DNA of 64,000 nucleotides from Candidatus Methylacidiphilales bacterium (lineage in GTDB: Bacteria > Verrucomicrobiota > Verrucomicrobiia > Methylacidiphilales > JANWVL01), in NCBI GenBank assembly GCA_025056655.1, contig JANWVL010000110.1:77855-141854 (forward strand), in the 5' to 3' direction. Every line of letters starts with the position of its first letter. Position 1 is the first letter of the stretch. A model generated the notes under the pieces. That model was not told the origin of the DNA, made no database searches, and was given only the letters and a program-made list of their open reading frames with translations. This document shows positions 28,206 through 37,037 of this stretch, in pieces. The position numbers and the translations under genes are program-made.

Positions 28206-29744
28206 ATGGATCATCACATTATTATTTTGGATTTTGGCTCTCAATATACCCAAGTGATTGCGCGGCGAGTGAGGGAGTGTCATGTCTATTCAGAAGTCTT
28301 GCCGTATCATACGCCGGCCGAGAGGATTGCGGAGCTGAAGCCCGCCGGGCTTATCTTATCTGGAGGTCCTGCTAGTGTCTATGCTGAAGGGGCACCGTTG
28401 CCGGATCGGGGTATTTTTGCGCTTGGGGTGCCGATTTTAGGAATTTGCTATGGGATGCAGCTTCTAGCGCATTGCTTGGGAGGCCGCGTAGCTAGAGCCG
28501 AGCGGCGGGAGTATGGCGTGGGTAAACTTTTTATTTTACGCAAGAGCGGGCTTTTCAATGGGGTGCCGGATGAGAGCACGATTTGGAATAGCCATGCGGA
28601 TCACATTAAGGCCTTGCCGCGAGGTTTTGTGGGAATCGGACGGAGCGACAATGCGCGGTATGCAGCGATTGAGGATTCACGGAGGCGTTTTTTTGGCTTG
28701 CAGTTTCATCCTGAAGTGACTCAGACGCATTATGGAAAAAAGATTTTAGAGAATTTCATTCTGGCGATTTGTGGTGCCAGCAAAAACTGGACGATGCGGT
28801 CTTTCATCGAGCAGAGTTGTCATCATTGGCGAAAGGCAATTGGCAAAGAGCGTGTGGTGCTCGGACTCAGTGGTGGGGTAGATTCAAGTGTGACTGCGGC
28901 ACTTCTTAAAAAGGCGATTGGGAAGCAGTTGGAGTGTATTTTTGTGGATAATGGGCTGTTGCGTTATGATGAGCGAGCTCAGGTCGAAAGAGTTTTTCGA
29001 AAAGTTTTTCGGACGCATCTGCATGTCGTCGATGCGAGCGCTCGTTTTCTCAAGGCGCTTCGTGGGGTGGTGGATCCAGAGCGCAAGCGAAAGATCATCG
29101 GCCGGGAATTTATCCGTGTGTTTGAAGCCGAGGCTCGGAAGCTAGGTAAAATCACTTATCTAGCCCAAGGCACGCTTTATCCTGATGTGATCGAGAGCGT
29201 GCCGATCAACGGGAATCCGGCTGCGTTGATCAAGTCACATCACAATGTAGGTGGGTTGCCGCGGAAAATGGCGTTTAAGTTAATTGAGCCTCTGCGGCAA
29301 TTGTTTAAGGATGAGGTGCGGGAACTTGGGGAGCGGCTAGGTTTGCCACGGGAGATGCTTTATCGTCATCCGTTCCCTGGGCCGGGATTAGCTGTTCGGT
29401 GTCTGGGCGCGGTGAGTGAGGATCGTTTAGAGATCATTCGCAGGAGTGATCGAATTGCGATTGAAGAGATACGGGAGGCTGGCTGGTATGATAAAATCTG
29501 GCAGGCGTTTACGGTGTTGTTGCCGGTGAGGAGTGTGGGCGTGATGGGGGATCAGCGGACGTATCATTACACTGTGGCCCTTCGTGCAGTGTATAGCACC
29601 GATGGGATGACGGCGGACTGGGTGCCGTTTCCAGCGGACTTGTTGGCAAGAATCTCGACGCGAATCATTAATGAAGTGCATGGCGTGAACCGCGTCGTGT
29701 ATGATATTTCCTCAAAGCCTCCAGCTACTATCGAGTGGGAGTAG
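28206..29744 (+). CDS. guaA: GMP synthase (glutamine-hydrolysing)
   Basis: 512 aa with a GATase domain (GICYGMQ), an ATP-PPase P-loop (SGGVDSSV) and a conserved C-terminal dimerisation domain ending PATIEWE. Confidence 0.95.
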   Translation: MDHHIIILDFGSQYTQVIARRVRECHVYSEVLPYHTPAERIAELKPAGLILSGGPASVYAEGAPLPDRGIFALGVPILGICYGMQLLAHCLGGRVARAERREYGVGKLFILRKSGLFNGVPDESTIWNSHADHIKALPRGFVGIGRSDNARYAAIEDSRRRFFGLQFHPEVTQTHYGKKILENFILAICGASKNWTMRSFIEQSCHHWRKAIGKERVVLGLSGGVDSSVTAALLKKAIGKQLECIFVDNGLLRYDERAQVERVFRKVFRTHLHVVDASARFLKALRGVVDPERKRKIIGREFIRVFEAEARKLGKITYLAQGTLYPDVIESVPINGNPAALIKSHHNVGGLPRKMAFKLIEPLRQLFKDEVRELGERLGLPREMLYRHPFPGPGLAVRCLGAVSEDRLEIIRRSDRIAIEEIREAGWYDKIWQAFTVLLPVRSVGVMGDQRTYHYTVALRAVYSTDGMTADWVPFPADLLARISTRIINEVHGVNRVVYDISSKPPATIEWE

Positions 29745-31010
29745 ATGGAGTGAGGTATCGGTGGGCTGAGGTGGCGTGACGAGATAGAAGGCTTTTTGGC
29801 TGGATATGGGGCGGGGTAGATTTGGATTTAGCCAATGGCTGAAGACTTGCGTCGAGTAAGTATCCCAGAGTAAGGTCCAGGGCACTTGTAGCATCCAGGC
29901 TGCTTGCCACACGGCGTCTAGCGGTCTGAGAGCTGAGCCTGCGAGACGATTTTCGTCGTTTACCACGCGAGGGACTTTGGCTGGTCTGTGTGGAATGAAA
30001 GATGCATGCCGTTCCCAGTCTAATTCTAATTTTTTTTCAAGCCAGTGGCCCCAGAATTTTATTGGCATGGGAAGGGGTGCGGGTTCACATTCGATGTTTT
30101 CGGAGGAGATTTTTATTTGGATGGGGGTATCGTTTAGAAAGAGAGAGTTTTGGTGATCTGAGCCAGCAACTGCTGAGGCATCGGTTGTCAAAATCATGCG
30201 CGTGTGTAGGGCGAAGGCGATGACTCGGAATGCAGCAGGAGGCAGGTGCCAACTATCTGGAATCAGAGAGGCACGAAGGTGGGGGTGGGCTAGGACGTCC
30301 CAAAAGGGATATTCGAATTTGTCGAGATTTCGTCCTATGGCGTTGCCGAGGTGGGTCCACCCGAAGAGGCCTTCGTTTATGGCGTCGCGTAGGGTGTTGC
30401 CACGAGCAGAGCTGTGGCCAGCGCAGACGCGGATGCCTTTTTTTTGGCATTGGGAGAGGAAAGCGGCTCGTTCGTTTTCCTCAATTGATTCGGGGGCAAG
30501 AGTGATGAGATGCACGTGGTCTAGGTATTCTGCGATGGCGCCAAGGAAGGTGAGTAAATTTTTTTTGAGCATGTGTTTTTCTGGGTGAATGCCCCGCGTG
30601 CCTGTGTCGGGGTTGAGGTAGGGCCCCTCGAGATGAATGCCTATGCACTGCGGTGTGTTTTGCATGAGCTCACAGATTCGACGCATGCGTTTTTGTAGGG
30701 AGGGGAGAGGGCAGGTGATTAGTGTTGCACAGAAGGCACTGCAACCGTCGCGTAGTAGGGATGCGACAGCGTGATGCCATGCGGCTTCTTCGAGGGTGTC
30801 GCTGTTAAAATCAGTGCCGGCGTAGCCGTTGATTTGAACGTCGCATAGGCCTGGGACGAGAATGGGCAAGATTTCACGATTTCCTGCATCTAGAGGCTTG
30901 CGTGTTAATATCTCGCCTCGCTCGACATCGATGCGCCAAGCAGACAAGGTGAGATGATCACGAACGTCAACTTGCCTCATGTTTGATGGAGGGTAGCAGA
31001 ATTCTTGCAT
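29712..31010 (-). CDS. N-acetylglucosamine-6-phosphate deacetylase-like amidohydrolase
   Basis: VPGLCDVQINGYAGTDFN and ..GHSSA....A...G....THLGNA resemble NagA metal-binding motifs. The start is uncertain (ORF to 31103, internal Met at 31010 or 30980). The 3' end overlaps the guaA 3' end by 33 nt (convergent). Confidence 0.55.
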   Translation of the reverse strand: MQEFCYPPSNMRQVDVRDHLTLSAWRIDVERGEILTRKPLDAGNREILPILVPGLCDVQINGYAGTDFNSDTLEEAAWHHAVASLLRDGCSAFCATLITCPLPSLQKRMRRICELMQNTPQCIGIHLEGPYLNPDTGTRGIHPEKHMLKKNLLTFLGAIAEYLDHVHLITLAPESIEENERAAFLSQCQKKGIRVCAGHSSARGNTLRDAINEGLFGWTHLGNAIGRNLDKFEYPFWDVLAHPHLRASLIPDSWHLPPAAFRVIAFALHTRMILTTDASAVAGSDHQNSLFLNDTPIQIKISSENIECEPAPLPMPIKFWGHWLEKKLELDWERHASFIPHRPAKVPRVVNDENRLAGSALRPLDAVWQAAWMLQVPWTLLWDTYSTQVFSHWLNPNLPRPISSQKAFYLVTPPQPTDTSLHLLPLDSSWRL

Positions 31011-31178
31011 TGAAGCATTTTGTTTTCCGTAGATAGAGCTTCGAATAAGAAGTGTGTGTAAAGACGACACAAACAGGGGTGACAACTTGTGCCACTGCGT
31101 CACATACGAATGAACGTCAGTTAGCCCGATTGCTTTATAAGTCGTTGTCTTCGAAGCAAATCAGTGGAAGAAGTAATC

Positions 31179-31194
31179 TGGCATAGGGCTTGCT
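31179..31194 (+). promoter_or_regulatory. Sigma-54 (-24/-12) type promoter TGGCAT-agggc-TTGCT upstream of hsp20
   Basis: The sequence tggcatagggcttgct fits TGGCAC-N5-TTGCW with GG and GC separated by exactly 10 nt. It lies ~97 nt upstream of the hsp20 ATG. Confidence 0.55.
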
Positions 31195-31218
31195 GATTGG
31201 TGGGTGTAATGATTATCA

Positions 31219-31251
31219 CCCCTTCTCAGGATGGGCGGTTCCTGAGAGGGG
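31219..31251 (+). promoter_or_regulatory. 12-bp stem-loop in the hsp20 5' leader
   Basis: ccccttctcagga / tcctgagagggg pair over 12 bp (one G-U) with an 8-nt loop tgggcggt. It sits between the candidate promoter and the AGGAGG-like RBS at ~31277. Confidence 0.5.
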
Positions 31252-31290
31252 AAACCAAAAAAACACCGCCCGAAAAGAAAGGAGGCAATT

Positions 31291-31734
31291 ATGAGCTACT
31301 CGATAACACAATGGAACCCGTTCCAAGAGTTGGAGGCTTTTGCCAACCGCCTTGGAAAACTCATCAATCCTATCGGTGACCGCCGAGTTCTAGATGCGAG
31401 TAGTGTCTGGACTCCGGCTGTAGACGTCTATGAGGACGACAAGGAATACCACATCAAAGTGGAAATTCCTGGCGTCAAAGCAGACGACTTTAAGGTCACG
31501 GTAGAGCAGGGGCGTTTGCATATAGCTGGGGAACGCAAGTATGAAAAAACCGATAAAAACACCAGCGCCCATCGGATCGAGCGTTTCTACGGCAGCTTTA
31601 GCCGTAGCTTCGCACTTCCCGATGATGCTGATGCCAACAGCATCCAGGCGAAGTATCAGGATGGTGTTCTTAACTTGCACATTCCCAAGCTACCTGCAGC
31701 GCAACCCCGCACAATCAAAGTGATCTCCACCTAA
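31291..31734 (+). CDS. Small heat-shock protein (Hsp20/alpha-crystallin family)
   Basis: 147 aa with an alpha-crystallin domain (PAVDVYEDDKEYHIKVEIPGVKADDFKVTVEQGRLHIAGERK...F.RSFALP...D...I.A.Y.DGVL.L.IPK). Confidence 0.9.
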   Translation: MSYSITQWNPFQELEAFANRLGKLINPIGDRRVLDASSVWTPAVDVYEDDKEYHIKVEIPGVKADDFKVTVEQGRLHIAGERKYEKTDKNTSAHRIERFYGSFSRSFALPDDADANSIQAKYQDGVLNLHIPKLPAAQPRTIKVIST

Positions 31735-31741
31735 ATATAAT

Positions 31742-31786
31742 CTCTTTGGCGGCATACCCCCTCTCTTGGGATGTGCCGCCAAAGAG
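31742..31786 (+). terminator. Long stem-loop after hsp20 (ctctttggcggcat...atgtgccgccaaagag)
   Basis: ~14-15 bp stem read from the sequence, starting 8 nt after the hsp20 stop. No U-tract follows on the + strand (an A-run follows instead). Confidence 0.5.
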
Positions 31787-31838
31787 GCGAAGGTGAAAAA
31801 AAATCTCTAACCTGAGAAAGAGAGGAGAGGATAGGATT

Positions 31839-32042
31839 ATGGACACATCTAGGTCTACATCCTGCGCTTGTGGGGCAACTTCTGCTGAAGCTTGCAGCGG
31901 GAGCTCTGCCAGCTCGGGTGAAAATACAAGGGGCTCATCCGCCAAGCGACAGATCCAAAATGGCAAAGGGGATGCCCCTCGAAACATTGGGCCTCGTTTC
32001 AGAGAAAACTACGACAAAATACAGTGGTCTACTAAAACTTAA
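31839..32042 (+). CDS. Candidate small protein (67 aa) with CxC-x7-C motif
   Basis: The ORF is preceded by gagaggagagg (SD-like) 8 nt upstream. It encodes MDTSRSTSCACGATSAEACSGSSASSGENTRGSSAKRQIQNGKGDAPRNIGPRFRENYDKIQWSTKT. No family was recognised, and coding status is uncertain. Confidence 0.3.
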   Translation: MDTSRSTSCACGATSAEACSGSSASSGENTRGSSAKRQIQNGKGDAPRNIGPRFRENYDKIQWSTKT

Positions 32043-32139
32043 TCCTCGTAGCTTGCCCAGGAGGAGGTGTTGATTTTCCAAAAAAACTATTGCCATTTTT
32101 CTAAAACGTTCCTAACTAGCGCACATCAACCCCACTCTT

Positions 32140-32388
32140 ATGGCAGAAAAAACTATCGAACAACGCGTAAAGGATATCATTGTCGAACAACTTGGTGTCA
32201 ATCCCGAGCAAGTTACTCCCACAGCTCGTTTTATTGAAGATCTCAACGCCGATTCTCTCGACACCGTGGAGCTCATCATGGCCTTTGAAGAAGAATTCGG
32301 CGTCGAAGTCCCCGATGAAGAAGCCGAAAAACTTCAGAGCGTCGGAGACGTCATTCGTTACATTGAAGAAAAAGTCGAAACAGCTTAG
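32140..32388 (+). CDS. acpP: Acyl carrier protein
   Basis: 82 aa with the phosphopantetheine attachment motif [14 protein letters not shown]. Confidence 0.95.
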   Translation: MAEKTIEQRVKDIIVEQLGVNPEQVTPTARFIEDLNADSLDTVELIMAFEEEFGVEVPDEEAEKLQSVGDVIRYIEEKVETA

Positions 32389-32413
32389 ACTCTTATTCCG
32401 GTTTGCAGAAGTA

Positions 32414-32442
32414 AGGCAGCCGCTTGCAGGCTGCCTTTTTTT
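32414..32442 (+). terminator. Rho-independent terminator after acpP
   Basis: aggcagcc-gcttgca-ggctgcct (8-bp GC-rich stem) followed by ttttttt. Confidence 0.8.
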
Positions 32443-32485
32443 GTGCCAATGAAATAAGAAATCGTTCACTTTGACTAATCGTCAC

Positions 32486-33727
32486 ATGAGCACAAGACGC
32501 GTAGTTATCACAGGGATGGGCGTCGTCACCCCACTGGGGAACGATGTGCCTACATTTTGGAGTCAACTGATAGCTGGGAAATCAGGCATCTCCCGCGTCA
32601 CCGCATTTGACGTGAGTTCATACGACAGCAAGATCGCTGGAGAAGTCAAAAACTTCGACCCTTCACGTTACTTTAATAATTCTAAAGACGCCCGCCGTGC
32701 GGACCGATATACCCATTTTGCGATGGCAGCAGCTAAGGAGGCTCTGGCTCAGTCTGGTCTTGCATCCTCGTCTTATGATCCCACGCGTGCAGGGGTGATT
32801 TTTGGTTCGGGCATCGGTGGATTAAAATCTCTCTCAGACCAACACGAAATTCTCCTCCAGAAAGGGCCTTCCCGCATTTCTCCATTCATGATCCCGATGA
32901 TGATTGCGAATATGGCTTCGGGCATCATTGCCATGGAGATTCAATTCTCTGGGCCAAACTATGCCGTCGTCACCGCTTGCGCCACAGCAGCGCAATGTAT
33001 CGGAGAGGCGTGGCGCCTGATCCTCAATGACGAAGCCGACGTCATCTTAGCAGGCGGTAGCGAAGCGGCTGTGGTGCCCCTTGGATTGGCAGGTTTTGCG
33101 GCAATGAAAGCTCTCAGCCTTCGCAACGATGAGCCTGAAAAAGCCTCTCGGCCTTTTGATCGCGATCGAGATGGATTCGTCTTGGCCGAAGGTGCAGGTG
33201 CGGTTTTGCTGGAAGAATATGAGCACGCTTGCCGCCGCTCAGCACCGATATTAGCAGAAATCAGCGGCTACGGCCTCTCAGCCGATGCCTATCACATGAC
33301 TGCGCCTGATCCCGAAGGTCGCGGAGCAGCTCGTGCGATGAAAAACGCGCTTCATCACGCACGCCTCAATCCCGAGGATATAGGATATATCAACACCCAC
33401 GGCACTTCCACACCTCAGGGCGATATATGCGAGACGCTAGCAATTAAGGCCGTCTTCGGCCAACACGCCTACAAAATTCCCGCGAGCTCGACTAAGTCTA
33501 TGACAGGCCACACCCTGGGCGCGGCGGGTGCTATCGAGCTGATCGCCACGGTGATGGCGTTGCGTGAAGGCATCTTACCCCCCACGATTAATCTGGATAA
33601 TCCCGACCCACAGTGCGATCTCGACTATATTCCCCACACTGCACGAGAAATGGAGATAAAAGCAGCTATGAGTAACTCCTTCGGTTTCGGTGGTCACAAC
33701 GCTGCTATCATCGTTCAAAAAATCTAA
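32486..33727 (+). CDS. fabF: 3-oxoacyl-ACP synthase II
   Basis: It has the active-site Cys context VVTACATAAQ, His motifs HGTSTP and GHTLGAAG, and a C-terminal SNSFGFGGHN. The likely start is the ATG at 32486 (MSTRRVVITGMG). The ORF track begins at a TTG 15 nt upstream. Confidence 0.95.
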   Translation: MSTRRVVITGMGVVTPLGNDVPTFWSQLIAGKSGISRVTAFDVSSYDSKIAGEVKNFDPSRYFNNSKDARRADRYTHFAMAAAKEALAQSGLASSSYDPTRAGVIFGSGIGGLKSLSDQHEILLQKGPSRISPFMIPMMIANMASGIIAMEIQFSGPNYAVVTACATAAQCIGEAWRLILNDEADVILAGGSEAAVVPLGLAGFAAMKALSLRNDEPEKASRPFDRDRDGFVLAEGAGAVLLEEYEHACRRSAPILAEISGYGLSADAYHMTAPDPEGRGAARAMKNALHHARLNPEDIGYINTHGTSTPQGDICETLAIKAVFGQHAYKIPASSTKSMTGHTLGAAGAIELIATVMALREGILPPTINLDNPDPQCDLDYIPHTAREMEIKAAMSNSFGFGGHNAAIIVQKI

Positions 33728-33756
33728 CCCCCTCACTCAACTTTCCTCAAATCCCA

Positions 33757-34290
33757 ATGAAAATACTCCTCCTGCTCCTCTCCTTCATCCTTTCAAGCTG
33801 CACCCCTCCATCACCCGCGACGAGCTCGTCATCCCCTGAATCGGCTTCAGCGGAGCAACCGGCTGACATTCCACAAGAAGAAGTCCAGGAAGGTGATCCG
33901 ATTCAAAACAAAATTGACGCACATCCCATCGAGCAACGCCTACAAGAAGACATGATGAGGGCAAGCGACGATCGAGAGATCCATCTTGCTCTTTACACCG
34001 CGCAGATGGAATGGACCGATGAGATTCGGAAACTTCACGCGCAAATCCTCGATATGCTCAAAGACCCAGAAGAGCGTGCACTCATGCAAAAAAACATTGA
34101 CGCGTGGAATAGCCTCGCCGAGTCCGAAGAAGAGCTCCTCAAGTCCATCCACAGCACCATCCAAGGCGAAGCTTACATCTCGAGCTTCCCTGAGCTGGCC
34201 TACCAAATCCAACGCGACCGTGTGGCGAAACTCTACCACTTGATTGACGAAATCGAATTTCGCGACCGATCCTGCCAGAAAAAACCTTAG
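33757..34290 (+). CDS. Hypothetical lipoprotein
   Basis: 177 aa with a signal peptide and lipobox (LLLSFILSSC), followed by an acidic, helical sequence. No family was confidently recognised. Confidence 0.5.
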   Translation: MKILLLLLSFILSSCTPPSPATSSSSPESASAEQPADIPQEEVQEGDPIQNKIDAHPIEQRLQEDMMRASDDREIHLALYTAQMEWTDEIRKLHAQILDMLKDPEERALMQKNIDAWNSLAESEEELLKSIHSTIQGEAYISSFPELAYQIQRDRVAKLYHLIDEIEFRDRSCQKKP

Positions 34291-34297
34291 CTCGCGC

Positions 34298-34746
<449 letters not shown>

Positions 34747-34860
34747 ATTTTGAATATTAACAAAGTTAACCTTAAATAGCCAGCCTTCTATCTCCTTAAG
34801 CTTGAGATTGGCACGGTCGCAAGCTTCCCGTTTGCCAAAGCTGAAAACAATCCGTAATCT

Positions 34861-35874
34861 ATGGGCATGAGATCGATCTTAATCACTGTTGCTATCGGAT
34901 TAGCTTTTACTCTGGGGGTTGCATCTGCTCCGTCAGCGCAGTCCAATCGTCCTTTCCCAGCAAGACAGTCTGAACGCACCTCTCATTCCAAACCTGGACC
35001 ACATAGCTCGCCTAAGACCCTCGCTGATGCCGCGGAAAAAAACCCCGGCTCACGACATCCCTTCGATATGATTCCAGAAAATGAAATCCGACTCAAAGCG
35101 AGCTATGGCTTTTCTAGTGACTTGCGTCGAGGCACAGTATCAGAAGGCCGAGTGGCTGGTCTTCATTTAGACTGGGGTTATGTCGCTACGCCGAATGTGA
35201 ACGAAGATTTTCAATATCGCCTGGGCTTTGAAGTGAGCCGTTCTTCCTTTTCTTACAATCAGTCGAATACCGTGCCTAACACCCTGGAAGGGGCCAATTT
35301 CGTGGCTGGGTTTGACTGGGTCTTCTATCCGAACTGGCTCTTACGATTGGAGGCACGTCCTGGTATTTATTCTACAGGAAGTGATTTCGATAGCCGTGCG
35401 TTTAACGTTCCGCTCTTGCTGGGAGCGTCTTATTTCGTGGATCGAGATTTGAACTGGATTTTTGGTCTGACGTTTAACGCTTGGCGAGATATTCCCGTGA
35501 TTCCCGGTGTCGGCGTGCGCTGGGCTTTTGCGAGGGATTGGCAAGCCAATCTTGTCTTTCCCACGCCGCGGCTTGAATATCGAGTCGCTCCGGGAGTGAG
35601 AGTTTATGCTGGGGGCGAGTGGAAAGGGGGTTCGTATCGCACTGAGCAAGATTTTGGCGATACTCATGGGGATCCAGCGCTTAATAACGCGCTTTTGGAT
35701 TATCGTGAAATACGAGCTGGCGGCGGAGTGCGTGTGCAGCCGAATGATGCGCTTGCTTTTGAGCTTGAGACAGGAGCTATGCTAGATCGGCGCTATCACT
35801 ATTTCCGTGCTGATAAACAGATCCGATCGGATACTGCTCCGTATGTGCAACTCGGGGCATCGTTTCGTTTCTGA
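34861..35874 (+). CDS. Putative outer-membrane beta-barrel protein
   Basis: 337 aa with a signal peptide (ILITVAIGLAFTLGVASA). It has alternating amphipathic strands and a C-terminal ..QLGASFRF, a typical OMP terminal Phe. Confidence 0.5.
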   Translation: MGMRSILITVAIGLAFTLGVASAPSAQSNRPFPARQSERTSHSKPGPHSSPKTLADAAEKNPGSRHPFDMIPENEIRLKASYGFSSDLRRGTVSEGRVAGLHLDWGYVATPNVNEDFQYRLGFEVSRSSFSYNQSNTVPNTLEGANFVAGFDWVFYPNWLLRLEARPGIYSTGSDFDSRAFNVPLLLGASYFVDRDLNWIFGLTFNAWRDIPVIPGVGVRWAFARDWQANLVFPTPRLEYRVAPGVRVYAGGEWKGGSYRTEQDFGDTHGDPALNNALLDYREIRAGGGVRVQPNDALAFELETGAMLDRRYHYFRADKQIRSDTAPYVQLGASFRF

Positions 35875-35930
35875 TGAGGCTTTTGGACTTGTAGAATGCC
35901 CGTGAAGCGGCAGTGTTGGTGAGAAATCTT

Positions 35931-36004
<74 letters not shown>

Positions 36005-36016
36005 TAGTTACACGGG

Positions 36017-37030
36017 CTATAGGGATTGGATGGCTTCAATGAGATGGGGGCGTAAAGTCTCAGCCAGAGCGGCGTTGGCGTAGGCTACCCAGGCTATCGG
36101 GGTGGTCGTGTCTAGGGGCGCATTTATATGGCGACCATAGGGGTCTTCTACGATACATCCGTAGGCTTGGGCGATAAGGAGGGTGCAGAGGTCGTAAGGG
36201 TGTGTGCTTAGGGTGTTGCTGAGTCCGAGTCTTTCGTGAATGATTGGGCGTAGGTCTGCGATGAATGCATCGTGACCGAGAAGGATTTCGGAGAGTTGCC
36301 CGCCAGTGCTGATGTATTGATCATCGAAGATGGTGGTGATGGCTGGGGACTGAGGAAAGATGCGCTTCCAGAAGGTGTCTTCTATTTTTGCGGTGAGAAG
36401 ACGGCCTGTGGGAAAAAATTTTGCAAAGCTTGCGAATGAGTTGGGGACCAATGTGGGGTGGGGGTAAGGCTGTGGGTTCAAAGGCATGGTGACTTTATGC
36501 AAGAGATCGGTGCGATAAGCCCGAGACTGAATAGAGCTTGAGGAAATCCGCACGGCTGCAAAGGTGTCGGCGAGGGTCTGCTTGCTGGTGGGGATTTCGA
36601 CCATGACGGCGTGGGTGATGTGAGCGAGTGTGGTGTGAGGGGATGTCCTTGGGGCAAGTCCGATGAGGATCCAGGCGGGGCGTTTATCATACATGAGGCC
36701 GCGTGTGCCATCGATGGGGTCGATGATGAGCTCGTATTGAAAGTCTGCAGAGGGGGTGGAATCGGGTAAGAGTAGTCCGTTGTGGAGTCCTTCGATGGTG
36801 AGACGTGTGGGGGAGGAGTGGGGCCAGCGGCGGATGAGTTCGGGAACGAGAAATTCTTCTGTGATCACGTCGACACGGAACAAGACATCTGCCTCAGAGT
36901 GAGACGAGGCTTTGCACCAGTCGTTGTGGGAGTGTCGAGTGCGAAGAGTTAGAAGATGGTCTCGGGTAGCTTCGGCTAGCTCTATGAGGAGGGAGAGCAG
37001 GGGATCGGTATCGGGGAGATGAGGGGGCAT
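36017..37030 (-). CDS. Inositol monophosphatase/FBPase-superfamily protein
   Basis: 337 aa with the metal-binding motif IIDPIDGTRG and a C-terminal HPYDLCTLLIAQAYG (equivalent to the WD..AG motif). Last gene of a three-gene operon. Confidence 0.55.
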   Translation of the reverse strand: MPPHLPDTDPLLSLLIELAEATRDHLLTLRTRHSHNDWCKASSHSEADVLFRVDVITEEFLVPELIRRWPHSSPTRLTIEGLHNGLLLPDSTPSADFQYELIIDPIDGTRGLMYDKRPAWILIGLAPRTSPHTTLAHITHAVMVEIPTSKQTLADTFAAVRISSSSIQSRAYRTDLLHKVTMPLNPQPYPHPTLVPNSFASFAKFFPTGRLLTAKIEDTFWKRIFPQSPAITTIFDDQYISTGGQLSEILLGHDAFIADLRPIIHERLGLSNTLSTHPYDLCTLLIAQAYGCIVEDPYGRHINAPLDTTTPIAWVAYANAALAETLRPHLIEAIQSL

Positions 37031-37037
37031 GGAGGGC

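Noticed and set aside
24500-28300. Replication origin, suggested by the C-rich to G-rich polarity change on the + strand near 26.4 kb.
   Set aside because: The change lies inside the intact pyc ORF. No AT-rich unwinding region, DnaA-box cluster (TTATCCACA-like) or dnaA/dnaN gene was seen nearby. Other polarity changes in the window also argue against a simple origin signal.
34809-34824. TGGCACGgtcgcaaGC, a sigma-54-like motif upstream of the OMP gene at 34861.
   Set aside because: GG and GC are separated by 11 nt instead of the required 10, and the -12 element reads AAGC rather than TTGC.
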